A DNA stretch of 49,997 nucleotides from positions 1 through 49,997 of the IMG/VR virus record IMGVR_UViG_3300020235_000072. One strand, given 5' to 3'. Every line of letters starts with the position of its first letter. The first letter of the stretch is position 1. Positions 27,028 through 36,260 of this stretch are shown here, piece by piece. Under the pieces are notes generated by a model, which was not told the origin of the DNA, did not search any database, and saw only the letters and a program-made list of their open reading frames with translations. This DNA comes from a virus (lineage: Duplodnaviria; Caudoviricetes). The position numbers were made by a program, and so were the translations under genes.

Positions 27028-27345
27028 TTACTTTTTTATCACACGGGGATCAAAATTGAAGAGACCGAGGAACTGCATAAGGTCGTCCAGATCGAGGCCC
27101 GTGCTTTCGGGGCGTTCACGATCCGGCACCTCTTGTAGGCTCTCGAACCTCCCGCCCACTACACGGGTATCCCCGAAGCGGTCGAGGTCTTGGCCCTCTG
27201 TCTGCTGTACCTGAAAGGCGAGCGATGCAGCCTGAGCCCGGCGAGACTTTCGACGGGCATTCTGTGCCCTGATCTTTGCCTCATCCGGGTGAGGGAGAGG
27301 GAGACCGCCAGCGACCGGCTCGCCGTCTGCTTTGAGTTCGCCCAT
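27028..27345 (-). CDS. Hypothetical protein upstream of portal (gp7.3 position)
   Basis: ORF with purine-rich SD; synteny only. Confidence 0.6.
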   Translation of the reverse strand: MGELKADGEPVAGGLPLPHPDEAKIRAQNARRKSRRAQAASLAFQVQQTEGQDLDRFGDTRVVGGRFESLQEVPDRERPESTGLDLDDLMQFLGLFNFDPRVIKK

Positions 27346-27613
27346 CTTCTTCTTCCTTGGGTGGGGGGTTCTGCACGGCGTGGCACTTCACCAGCATGGA
27401 GAGTACATCCCGCATGCCCTGTGATCGGGCCACTATACCGAGGGCCACCTCAGCGGTGACCATGTTGTATTCTACGCCTGACTGGAGGTTCTCAATTCGT
27501 GCCTGTATAAGGGCCGAGAGATCCCGCAGCAACATGGACGACACGGGGGTCCAGTCCGTAAAGGCCAACACAACAGGCTTTGGCGGCGAATCGGAGGGAT
27601 TTGTAGATCCCAT
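27281..27613 (-). CDS. Hypothetical protein, gp6.5-like position
   Basis: GAGGAG SD; SQGMRDVLSML resembles the GQRSVV-type motif of small T7-like pre-portal proteins. Confidence 0.6.
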   Translation of the reverse strand: MGSTNPSDSPPKPVVLAFTDWTPVSSMLLRDLSALIQARIENLQSGVEYNMVTAEVALGIVARSQGMRDVLSMLVKCHAVQNPPPKEEEDGRTQSRRRAGRWRSPSPSPG

Positions 27614-28061
27614 CGCAAGTCTCCTCGTCTGTGAAGTGACCCATGATGTTCAGTAGGGTCCGAACAGGGGTCACACAATTTCTCACGGGGCGGGGCCACA
27701 GGTGTAGCCATCGAAGGGCAATCAGGGGAGGTATAGACCTCACTCCTGCTAGTCCATTCACCGCGTCTTCCGCAACACTCCAGTCCAACTCACCACGAAC
27801 AGTGAATGCCGCGTATGAGCGGTTTCCGGTCTTCCTCTTCTCGACCAACCACTCGGCTTCGTCGTAGACATGGCAATAGTCGTTGAACGGCTGGTCCCAC
27901 AGCTTGCCACCGATGGCGAAGGCGATGTGGGAGTAGCGGAGGCGGGCCAAACGTATCCAAAGGGGCGTTTTGCCCGCTATTGGGCCTAGAAAGTAGACTG
28001 TGAGGGTCACTGTGGAGGGCGTGTTCCGGGAGAGTCCCGATATTCCGTCCAAATTGGTCAT
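27492..28061 (-). CDS. Permuted papain-like (YiiX/YebB, permuted NlpC/P60) amidase/peptidase
   Basis: His motif YSHIAF precedes Cys motif RNCV; ATGA coupling to exonuclease. Confidence 0.65.
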   Translation of the reverse strand: MTNLDGISGLSRNTPSTVTLTVYFLGPIAGKTPLWIRLARLRYSHIAFAIGGKLWDQPFNDYCHVYDEAEWLVEKRKTGNRSYAAFTVRGELDWSVAEDAVNGLAGVRSIPPLIALRWLHLWPRPVRNCVTPVRTLLNIMGHFTDEETCDGIYKSLRFAAKACCVGLYGLDPRVVHVAAGSLGPYTGTN

Positions 28062-28825
28062 ACCACCTCTTCCTCCCAAACCTCCGCGACATCAATGCCC
28101 GGCTCCCACAGGATGGGGCCTCCCTCGACGCTCCAGTCCTCTGCCCTCAGGATGCGGGCACACGCGGCCTGCTCCATGGCCTCGAACGGGGTCTTGCCCG
28201 CGTTCCGGTACGCCTCAAGAATCGCTCGCTCCGTGCCGTTCTCAGCATAGCGTATGATCTTCTCGGCCTTGACCTTGCCTACTCCCTTGATGCCGGGATA
28301 GCCATCAGTGGGATCGCCAGTGAGCCACTGGACATAGAAGGCGTGGTCCGCTTCCTCCAGTGTGACCCGCACCGGGAAGTCGTCCTTGGTGGGGTTGAGG
28401 TGCAAACCGGGGATGGACCGCATGTCCTTGTCCACCGACACGATCACCGTGTGGGCGATCTTGCCGTTGGTCTGGAGTATGCCCATCACATCGTCTGCCT
28501 CCACCTTGGGGCGGGTGATGGTGGGGCCTGCTTCAGCCAGCAACTGACGAGCCGCATCCAACATGGCTGGGGGCTCGGCGGTGCGGTTGGTCTTGTACGG
28601 TGCGTAGATGCCACGCCGGAAGTTGTCCTCCCGGCTGCAACTGAACACGGTGATGAACTTGGTGCAACAGGCGAGGCGGGTGTATGCCGCCAACAGGTCC
28701 TGAATACGCTCATTCATCTCATGTGCCGAGTCTTGGTTGGCATGTGCCGCCGCCGCCTGCTGGTAGGCAAGGTGATCGGCGTCAATCAGGGCCGTCCGCT
28801 CGGTGTGGTATCGTCGTTCACTCAT
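28058..28825 (-). CDS. 5'-3' exonuclease (gp6-like)
   Basis: LIDAD, NFR...YKTNR, EADDVMG, DKD, GDPTDGYPGIKGVG. Confidence 0.95.
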   Translation of the reverse strand: MSERRYHTERTALIDADHLAYQQAAAAHANQDSAHEMNERIQDLLAAYTRLACCTKFITVFSCSREDNFRRGIYAPYKTNRTAEPPAMLDAARQLLAEAGPTITRPKVEADDVMGILQTNGKIAHTVIVSVDKDMRSIPGLHLNPTKDDFPVRVTLEEADHAFYVQWLTGDPTDGYPGIKGVGKVKAEKIIRYAENGTERAILEAYRNAGKTPFEAMEQAACARILRAEDWSVEGGPILWEPGIDVAEVWEEEVV

Positions 28826-28938
28826 GTAAGTATCTCCTCAAATCGTTTCAGTAAATCTCGGCAACAGCCTGCACAATAATCCCAATGGGGACGCCACCAG
28901 TCAGGGTGTAGTTCCACCCCGTACTTGCACTTACTCAT
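28822..28938 (-). CDS. Small Cys-containing protein, 38 aa
   Basis: Manual ORF MSKCKY...CAGCC..., overlapping both neighbours. Confidence 0.5.
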   Translation of the reverse strand: MSKCKYGVELHPDWWRPHWDYCAGCCRDLLKRFEEILT

Positions 28939-29593
28939 GCAGTCTCTCCGCTGCGTCCAGTGACGCCAGTGTGGGGGCCAAATCGTGGATGGCCTTGATC
29001 AGGAGTGGGAAGGTGATTCCATCGTGGTCATCCTCCGACACACTCCACTTATTGTTCGGTACGCTGAAGTTGAAGGTCTTGTCCGGCAGCCTGCCGTAAG
29101 TGTAGTCATAGGCGAGGGCCTCGCTCTCATGCTGACGCCACTTGGCGTCCATATCCTTCAACCGTTGGGCTGCACAGATGAACACGGTGCGTCCCTTGTA
29201 TAGGTTGAGTAGGTCAACCTCGTTCTGGAACCGGAGATCATCTACGATCACGATGGTCTCATGGAACTCTGTGATTGGCCCGCTTTCCACCGCCATACGC
29301 TGCTGCTCCTCAAGGGCGTAGACATCCAGACGCTTCTGCATCAGGTTGGCGAACCAGTCCACATGCCCCCGCTTGCGGGCCAAGTCGGTCCCGGCGTACT
29401 GGCAGAAATCACGATACAGGTCATCGTACTCCCCACCCTTGATGAACCCCATCATCCTCGCGGCCATCTTGAGGGGCCTTGCGAACTGGTCAGCCACCAC
29501 ATGGTAGCCCCGCTCGAATGCCCACGTTGACAAGATGCACGCTGCTGTCGTCTTGCCCGCCTTAGCGAGCCCACCGAATCCTACGATTTGCAT
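28931..29593 (-). CDS. Deoxynucleoside monophosphate kinase
   Basis: P-loop GLAKAGKT, FARPLK, IVDDLRFQNE, HESE. Confidence 0.9.
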   Translation of the reverse strand: MQIVGFGGLAKAGKTTAACILSTWAFERGYHVVADQFARPLKMAARMMGFIKGGEYDDLYRDFCQYAGTDLARKRGHVDWFANLMQKRLDVYALEEQQRMAVESGPITEFHETIVIVDDLRFQNEVDLLNLYKGRTVFICAAQRLKDMDAKWRQHESEALAYDYTYGRLPDKTFNFSVPNNKWSVSEDDHDGITFPLLIKAIHDLAPTLASLDAAERLHE

Positions 29594-30403
29594 TTAGTCT
29601 CCCTCATCTCTGCATACATACACTGGGAAGCGAACGCTGTCGTCCACTGTCAATTCCATCCCCCGCCACCGGATGACCTGACCCACGGGGTCATTGTCCC
29701 ACCACCATTGCCGCTCCTCGTCAGTGAACCCCGTGCCCACCTCGAATGAGATGGCCTTGCCCTCGTAGAAGGCGTCCACTTCAAGGGCACCCATGCGTCC
29801 TTCGTGCTTGCCCTTGCCGGGCTGTATTGCCCGCACCGTGGCCTTGCCGTCTATCTCCCCCTTCATCTTGAGTAGGTTGCTCGTCCTCTTGAACTCGTAC
29901 TGCGAACCGGGGTTGCGGAACATGATGCCCTCTCCCCCCGACGCCATGATGGAGAGATACGCCACGCCAATCGAGGCCATGTTGGTCACGGTCGTATGGA
30001 GGTGAACGAAGAGGCGGGTGTCCTTGACCCTAGCCACTGCCATCTCTGCCATGCTCAGCCTCTCCGCGAAGTCGGCCTGTTCCACCACGGCGTCGAACAC
30101 GGCGTACTTCACGCCGATGAACTGCTCCTCAGTGGGTGCCTTCTTCCGCACCGCCGAGATGGTCTCATTGAAACGGCCCCGGCCCATGAAGAACTCGCCA
30201 TCGAGGGGTATCTTCACCTCGGCCATCATCTTCAGCCACGACGGCGGGACATTGAGTGGCTTGTTGCTGCGTGACACGAAGCGGCCCTCGTCGGGACGCC
30301 ACAGTGCCCTCACTCCGTCGAGCTTCTCGCTCCAAACCCACCCCGTAACGTCGTGCTTATCCGCATCGTAAACCTTGGCGAGGGTGCAGTAGTAATCAGT
30401 CAT
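29594..30403 (-). CDS. ATP-dependent DNA ligase (minimal type)
   Basis: SEKLDGVR, LDGE, VFD, EGIM, LLKMK, VGTGFTD, RFPVY; start MTDYYC. Confidence 0.95.
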   Translation of the reverse strand: MTDYYCTLAKVYDADKHDVTGWVWSEKLDGVRALWRPDEGRFVSRSNKPLNVPPSWLKMMAEVKIPLDGEFFMGRGRFNETISAVRKKAPTEEQFIGVKYAVFDAVVEQADFAERLSMAEMAVARVKDTRLFVHLHTTVTNMASIGVAYLSIMASGGEGIMFRNPGSQYEFKRTSNLLKMKGEIDGKATVRAIQPGKGKHEGRMGALEVDAFYEGKAISFEVGTGFTDEERQWWWDNDPVGQVIRWRGMELTVDDSVRFPVYVCRDEGD

Positions 30404-30830
30404 GCGTGGTGTTGCCCGCCTTCTCCCACATCGTAAACTTTCGCCAAAGTGCAGTAGTATTTCGCCATGCTCTCCTCCATACTCGGTTGTGAATCTTGGT
30501 TTGCAGTGCATCCCACTTATCGCTGTTGTCTGAGATGCGGGTCAGCATCTCAGGAAATCTTGAGGCCAAGTCCATCCCGATAGTCCATGCGATGTCTCCC
30601 TTCTTCTTGTCCGACATATCGGTCATGATGAAGCCGTCGTCGTACCGTATAAAGGAGCAGAACGTCGGCCCCGTCTTGAAGGGTCTCCAATGCAGGCTGA
30701 TTAGTTGCGAGCAAGTGCGAATGTCCCGACAACTCTCGGTCTTGAAAGGTCCATCCTCAAGCAGTTGCTCAACTGCTGTGTGGATTTGGGCACTCACCGT
30801 GTTGCCCCATGCGTGTGTTCCTTTGTACAT
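30396..30830 (-). CDS. Hypothetical protein, 144 aa
   Basis: GAGGAGG SD; coupled ORF. Confidence 0.7.
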   Translation of the reverse strand: MYKGTHAWGNTVSAQIHTAVEQLLEDGPFKTESCRDIRTCSQLISLHWRPFKTGPTFCSFIRYDDGFIMTDMSDKKKGDIAWTIGMDLASRFPEMLTRISDNSDKWDALQTKIHNRVWRRAWRNTTALWRKFTMWEKAGNTTHD

Positions 30831-31069
30831 CAGTCCTCCTCATACAGCATCAGCCCGGTGTCCTCATCCCGCTGCCCGGTGGTCGTAAAGAGGCGGTCGT
30901 CAATGGGGTACACATAGTCGGGGTTGTTCCACGGTGTGTCCACGATGTCGCCCGGACTGTGCCGAAGGGCGTTGACCCGCCTCAACATCGGCACCCTAAC
31001 ATTGGGCGGACACCCGGTCAGGCAGATAATGCGGGTACACCCGCACCTTGTCTTCAGTATTACTCTCAT
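30830..31069 (-). CDS. Hypothetical protein, 79 aa (MRVILKTRCGC...)
   Basis: TGATG coupling to polymerase stop. Confidence 0.6.
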   Translation of the reverse strand: MRVILKTRCGCTRIICLTGCPPNVRVPMLRRVNALRHSPGDIVDTPWNNPDYVYPIDDRLFTTTGQRDEDTGLMLYEED

Positions 31070-32982
31070 CAGTGTGTCTCGGCCCAGCTTTTGCCGACCC
31101 GATACTCTCCATCTAGTTGTATCTTGCACTTGAGGCGACGGCCCGCTTCACCGATAGCCCACACTGCGGCTTGACCCGCATGTTCTGCTACCACCTTGGT
31201 GAGAGCCTCGCCTTGGAACTCGTCATGTGCGTTCAGCATCAGGGCGTATTCCACCCCGTGCTTGAACCCGAACTCAACCTCCATCCGATGCACGAACAGG
31301 ATCAGGGCGAGCTTCATCACGATGGCCCCGTTGCCCTGTAGCTTGGTGTTCAGTGCGGCATACGACTTGCGGGCCGGTGCCCGGCGTCCATCATACAGCG
31401 TGAGATAGCCGTACTGGTCGGCGGCGTGGATGCAGTGGTCGATCAGCTTGCCGAGGGCGGGCAGTCCCTTCCTAAGGTTGCGTCGGAACCCCGCCCCAAT
31501 AGACTTGCGACCTTTCTCGGATCGAAGCAGCTTGGAATACCTCTTCCGTTGCTTACCATCAAGCGAAGGATGGGTTCCGATAGTGATACCAAGTGATTCC
31601 ATTCCGCTTCCGTAAAGGAAGGCATATCCAGTCTCTTTCGATTGGGACCTAGTAAGAAGCCCGCCTGCCCTTCGGTTATGCTCATGAATGTCTCCAGTCA
31701 GGATGATCTTGGCGTATGCCCCGCCGTCCCATTGCCACATGGCATCGGCCAGCATGCGGTACTCCAGCCCGCTCGCATCTGCACCCCACTGCCACCACCC
31801 CTCATGGGCTGGCTTCCACAGTGACCGCATCTCCCACCCCCATCGTCCTTCCCACTCCAGCAGCGGGTGGCCTGAGTCCTCGTCGGTCTGCACCTTGGGT
31901 GCTGCCGTCTGATTGGGCTGGCTGTGGGTCATGCGGCCCGTGACCGCACCGTTGGTGTTGATGCTGGGGTGTATGACGCCGGGGGTGCGGCACTCCCGTG
32001 CCCTGATAGTCCAGTCCATCAGGTGCCCCAGCCTCATCTTCGCCATGTTGTGGTGGTACGCCCACTCGGCTTCCTCGAAGTCGAGGGCCAGCAGCACATC
32101 CTCCTTGATGGAGGGGTTCTCCTTCTTGGTGAGCGGTGCGTCCCAGTCATACTTCTCCTTGAAGCGACGGGCAAGGTGCTGCGTCGTACACTCGAAGGGG
32201 TGTTCCTTCGTCTTGAACTCACCCCACTCCCCATCCTTGGGACCAGACTTTTTCGTGTCGTACTCCACGCCGTCAGCCCCCAGCCACCACCGTGACTTCA
32301 TTACCTCCACGGTGGGAGGGAATGCAGCCTGCAACTTGTCGAGGGCATCGGCCCTCACGATCTCCATCCGCTCGATCAGTTGCTCGCCTTGCTCGATGTC
32401 AATGCGGACACCGTTCTCCTGCTGGGCGGCTATGATCGTAGCGATGCGGGTCTCGATGCGGAACGCCACTGCATAGGGTTGGAGGCGAGGTCGCATCCAT
32501 AGGAAAATGCTCTCCTCTGCCTCCACATCCCCGATGCAGTAGTCCTCCATCTCCTGCGACCAGCAATCCCACGGCCCCTTGAAGGGCATCTTGCGGGCAC
32601 CGCCAGCCACCACCGACAGAGCATCGAGAGAGTTACCACCATACGGGTGAGCCTTCTCATCCGGCCAGAGTAGCCGACCGCCGACCAAGGTATCGAATAT
32701 CTTGGGCCGGTGGGCGGGCTCTCCTTCGAGGCGGCAGAGGAGGGGCCAATCGTATTGGATGAAGTTGTGTCCAATGACGAGACCGGCTCGCTGTAGCTCG
32801 GCCCACCCCTCAGCTATGGTGTCCTCTCTCTCGTTCCTGCGGTACACCTTGACCTCGCCTGTCTGGAGATTCTTCATCACCAGCAGATGGATCACCGTCG
32901 CCTCCCGCACCTTGACCACGCCACGCTTCATGTCGAGTTCAAGTCTGCCGTTGGCTTCGATGTCCGCGAGGTATGTGATCAC
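31069..32982 (-). CDS. DNA polymerase, family A (gp5-like) with 3'-5' exonuclease
   Basis: ExoI DIEAN, ExoII GHNFIQYD, ExoIII YCIGDV; motif A GADASGLEYR, motif B RSQSKETGYAFLYG, motif C AHDEFQ. Confidence 0.97.
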   Translation of the reverse strand: MITYLADIEANGRLELDMKRGVVKVREATVIHLLVMKNLQTGEVKVYRRNEREDTIAEGWAELQRAGLVIGHNFIQYDWPLLCRLEGEPAHRPKIFDTLVGGRLLWPDEKAHPYGGNSLDALSVVAGGARKMPFKGPWDCWSQEMEDYCIGDVEAEESIFLWMRPRLQPYAVAFRIETRIATIIAAQQENGVRIDIEQGEQLIERMEIVRADALDKLQAAFPPTVEVMKSRWWLGADGVEYDTKKSGPKDGEWGEFKTKEHPFECTTQHLARRFKEKYDWDAPLTKKENPSIKEDVLLALDFEEAEWAYHHNMAKMRLGHLMDWTIRARECRTPGVIHPSINTNGAVTGRMTHSQPNQTAAPKVQTDEDSGHPLLEWEGRWGWEMRSLWKPAHEGWWQWGADASGLEYRMLADAMWQWDGGAYAKIILTGDIHEHNRRAGGLLTRSQSKETGYAFLYGSGMESLGITIGTHPSLDGKQRKRYSKLLRSEKGRKSIGAGFRRNLRKGLPALGKLIDHCIHAADQYGYLTLYDGRRAPARKSYAALNTKLQGNGAIVMKLALILFVHRMEVEFGFKHGVEYALMLNAHDEFQGEALTKVVAEHAGQAAVWAIGEAGRRLKCKIQLDGEYRVGKSWAETH

Positions 32983-33200
32983 TTCGCGTCCATGAACACG
33001 GGACGATTCTCAAGGGCGGCGACCCGCCCCTGCAACTCACTCACCACCAGCCGAAGCTCGCGGGTGCTGAACATGATGTTCAACTCGTCAAGCTGGTGCA
33101 TGCTCTTGCCATCAGGCCACGGCTGCACCAAGTCCATGGTCTTCAGTGACTCCGCCTTCTTCGGGGAGGATTTCTTCTGCGTTGATCGTTGATCCGACAT
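32979..33200 (-). CDS. Hypothetical protein, 73 aa
   Basis: Coupled to polymerase start; overlaps helicase 3' end. Confidence 0.55.
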   Translation of the reverse strand: MSDQRSTQKKSSPKKAESLKTMDLVQPWPDGKSMHQLDELNIMFSTRELRLVVSELQGRVAALENRPVFMDAK

Positions 33201-34869
33201 CTTCTATCTCCGTGTGGTCGCCCGGCTCGGTCCATTCGGCCTCATCCAGACGACGGGTTTGCTTGTTGAACTTGAGGTGACCTACGATACCCGTGTCACC
33301 TATGAATCTGCCCTTGAGGATACGCACCTTTATCATGTTGCGTTCCTCCGGGTCTTCTGCTTGCTGGTTGCGTTCGATGGCGATGACATTGTTCGGCACA
33401 CTACCCAGTGAGCCCGAACCACGCAGGTTCTTGAGGCTGATCTGTGCCCCTTCCTCTGCTGCCTTGCCGTCGAGTCTGTTCAGTTGAGACACGATGTCAA
33501 TATGTACGCCTGTTCGCTCCACGATGGACCGAAGCTGCCGCATAATCTCGTCGATGCACTCACGCTCGCTACCATTGCGAGCCATCCCAGCCACCAGTGC
33601 GGTGACATGATCAATAACGATGATGTCGCACTCAAGGGCTGCTGCCATGTACTCGACCCGCTGCAATACTGACCCGAACTCATTGGTTCCATGGTGATCA
33701 TATATGTACAGCGGAAGCCCTCCGAAGAACTTTCGTGTCTCATCATACTCCTCGTCAGTGAGGTTGTCAGGGAACCCGAAGTCCAGTGCCTCGCCACCCT
33801 CGTCAATGAGCAGGGCGTTGAGGATGCGGCTCGCTCTGATCTGACGCACTGCCTTGTTCAGCTTGAGTGCGATCAGGTCATCTAGCGTTTCGAGCGGTGA
33901 CTCCTCCAACATGAGGACGCCCACTGTCCTGCCGCGAATCAGGTGGTGATACACCATCTCCCGCATGACCGTGGACTTGCCACTGCCCGTGCCTGATGCC
34001 CACAGTGACATCTCTCCCGACCGCTGGCCCATCAGGCCCTTGGTCAGGTTGCACCATGGGAACGACCACATCCGCTGGACGGGTGCATCCCCTGAGGTGA
34101 CATCACTGGCATGCAGTATGCCATCGGGCTGGTACTGGCGGGCCTCGTAGATCGCAGTCATCAGGGTCTTTGTCTCACCCTTCAGCACATGCTCGTTGGC
34201 ATCCTTGAGTGAGGTGTGTGCGATGCGGACCTTACCGGGTGGTAGGATCTCAGCACATTCCTCAGCCCCCGCTCGCCCTGCCTCGTCGTTGTCGAAGCAC
34301 AGGACGATCTGGTCATACCCCGACAGGAACTCAGCGTTCATGCGGATGTACTTGAGCCCGCTCTGTATCCCATTGGGTAGGGACACGACCGGCCATCGGT
34401 TCTGCCACAGCATGCTGACGGACATGCAATCAATCTCGCCTTCCGTCACTACGATACGCTTACCCTTACCTGACCACAGCCACTGCCCGAACAGGGGCAG
34501 GTTGTCAGTGTCACCCTTCCACCTAAACTGCTTCTTTGGGCCTCGCGTATGCTGGGCCACGATCTTGCCGTCGAGGTAGTAGTTGGCACACTCCTTGACA
34601 ACCCCGCCCTGCCTATAGCAGCGGTAGTCGAACAGGTGGGTGGTGCGTTGGTCAATGTGCCTGTGTTTCAGGCTGATGACTTTGCCCTTGATGGGACTGG
34701 AGAGGCTGGACGATGCCGTCCTCTTCATCACCCCGTCACCGTGGACATGGTAGCCGCAAGCGAAGCAGTGTGCCCCGCGTCCCTCACCGAAGTTGACGAG
34801 GTTGTCACCACTGGTGTCCTCGCCCTTCTCCCGGCACTGAGGGCAGGGTTGCTTGCTTGTATCACTCAT
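33112..34869 (-). CDS. Primase-helicase (gp4-like)
   Basis: CPQC...CFAC zinc finger, TOPRIM EGEIDC and FDND, Walker A GTGSGKS, IVIDH, SQL, LRGSG. Confidence 0.97.
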   Translation of the reverse strand: MSDTSKQPCPQCREKGEDTSGDNLVNFGEGRGAHCFACGYHVHGDGVMKRTASSSLSSPIKGKVISLKHRHIDQRTTHLFDYRCYRQGGVVKECANYYLDGKIVAQHTRGPKKQFRWKGDTDNLPLFGQWLWSGKGKRIVVTEGEIDCMSVSMLWQNRWPVVSLPNGIQSGLKYIRMNAEFLSGYDQIVLCFDNDEAGRAGAEECAEILPPGKVRIAHTSLKDANEHVLKGETKTLMTAIYEARQYQPDGILHASDVTSGDAPVQRMWSFPWCNLTKGLMGQRSGEMSLWASGTGSGKSTVMREMVYHHLIRGRTVGVLMLEESPLETLDDLIALKLNKAVRQIRASRILNALLIDEGGEALDFGFPDNLTDEEYDETRKFFGGLPLYIYDHHGTNEFGSVLQRVEYMAAALECDIIVIDHVTALVAGMARNGSERECIDEIMRQLRSIVERTGVHIDIVSQLNRLDGKAAEEGAQISLKNLRGSGSLGSVPNNVIAIERNQQAEDPEERNMIKVRILKGRFIGDTGIVGHLKFNKQTRRLDEAEWTEPGDHTEIEDVGSTINAEEILPEEGGVTEDHGLGAAVA

Positions 34870-35237
34870 GGTCTATCTCTTCCCGGTCTAATGATGACCT
34901 CGATGTGCGGGTTGTCCGCATATACCTTTGACCCCACCGCCATGATGATCTGGTCATCATCACCCCATACGATACCGTTCAACGAGTCGAACAGTGCCTT
35001 GAGGTAGTTGTCTATGTCCCCACGGGGCCACAGCTTGGTGGGTTTCTTTGGCGTCTTGCAATGGAACGTGACATCCACGATGAGGGCACCCGCTATGGGT
35101 GGGTCCTCCCATCCTGATAGCTCCTTCTCCATCGCCTTGCGGAACGCCTTGTACGTCTTGCCGTAGTAGGTGCCCCACTTCGAGACACGGGGCCTCGAAG
35201 CAGGGACCGGCACTACGTCCAGAACTATTCGGATCAC
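34866..35237 (-). CDS. rusA: RusA-like Holliday junction resolvase
   Basis: PVPASRPR N-terminus and DIDNYLKALFDSLNGIVWGDD catalytic motif. Confidence 0.88.
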   Translation of the reverse strand: MIRIVLDVVPVPASRPRVSKWGTYYGKTYKAFRKAMEKELSGWEDPPIAGALIVDVTFHCKTPKKPTKLWPRGDIDNYLKALFDSLNGIVWGDDDQIIMAVGSKVYADNPHIEVIIRPGRDRP

Positions 35238-35944
35238 AGAAGGCCAGCGGTGGGATCGTCATCCTCCTCGTCGCTGTCCTCCTCGTCCTCATCGCCTTCC
35301 CCGAAGTCGCTGTCCTCCTCGTCCTCATCCTCGAACTCATCCGGGTCAGCCTCGTTGACCGGGCTGTCGTCGGTGTCATCCGTGAGGAAGTCATCCTCCT
35401 GCTCGAACATACCACCCGCACTGCCCTTGCCACTCGACTTGAGAAGCTGGGCGGCGTTGAGGTACAGGGTCAGGCCCCGGCCAATGGGTGGCGGGGAATC
35501 GTACCCGTCAACGGTGATCTCCAGCCTACCGATGTCCCCGCCGAAGACCTGAAGGCTCATGTCCTTCTGTCCCTTGGCATTGAACACAGCGACCGGACCC
35601 TTGGCCTTGCCTTCCTTAGTCATGGCCTTGGTCTTGGCCTCGATGAACGGGGTGCCCACCGGGACGCCAGCCTTCTCGGCCTGACTCTCAGTGGCTACCT
35701 TCATCGGGATGTTGACGCTCTTGATCGGCTTGCCGATCTCCTTGGCGTACTCCTTGGCGAGCCGCTTGATGTTGCCGACGAACGCCACATACTCCTCGTC
35801 CTTCTTGTCCAAGAAGTAGATGGTGCAGCGGTACTGGCTCTTGTTGAAAGCATCATCCGGCTTGCTCAGGTACGCCCACTGGAACTGTCCCTTGGGGGTG
35901 AGCAGCTTACGGTTGGTCAGCTTGATCTTAGTTGTTGCCATCAT
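35234..35944 (-). CDS. Single-stranded DNA-binding protein (gp2.5-like)
   Basis: TPKG...WAYLSKPD, GLTLYLNAAQ, highly acidic C-terminal tail. Confidence 0.9.
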   Translation of the reverse strand: MMATTKIKLTNRKLLTPKGQFQWAYLSKPDDAFNKSQYRCTIYFLDKKDEEYVAFVGNIKRLAKEYAKEIGKPIKSVNIPMKVATESQAEKAGVPVGTPFIEAKTKAMTKEGKAKGPVAVFNAKGQKDMSLQVFGGDIGRLEITVDGYDSPPPIGRGLTLYLNAAQLLKSSGKGSAGGMFEQEDDFLTDDTDDSPVNEADPDEFEDEDEEDSDFGEGDEDEEDSDEEDDDPTAGLL

Positions 35945-35952
35945 TCATTCTC

Positions 35953-36174
35953 CTAACCGGGACCCATATCAGGTCGCGGCTTGTAAGCGAGTGCGTCGGG
36001 AACCTTGGGTTCCTTAGGCTTCTTCTTGTCCAAGCCAGCCGCCATGTAGTTGACGACTCGCATTGCAAACCTTGCTCGGCTTGCCCACTCATCAGCGGGG
36101 GCTCCGCTTGCGATCACGGCCTGTACTACACCCTGTGCCCTGATCCTATTCTCTCTACTGCTGTCCATGTTCAC
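35953..36174 (-). CDS. Hypothetical protein, 73 aa
   Basis: ORF on coding strand filling the gap before SSB. Confidence 0.6.
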   Translation of the reverse strand: MNMDSSRENRIRAQGVVQAVIASGAPADEWASRARFAMRVVNYMAAGLDKKKPKEPKVPDALAYKPRPDMGPG

Positions 36175-36259
36175 TCCATAAGGTGTATGCCATCACGCTA
36201 AGCCCAGCGACTCCGATGAGGCCCAGCAGTATGCCCACCATCAGCATATTGGTATCCAT
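36155..36259 (-). CDS. Small single-TM protein, 34 aa
   Basis: MDTNMLMVGILLGLIGVAGLSVMAYTLW. Confidence 0.5.
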   Translation of the reverse strand: MDTNMLMVGILLGLIGVAGLSVMAYTLWSEHGQQ

Positions 36260-36260
36260 G

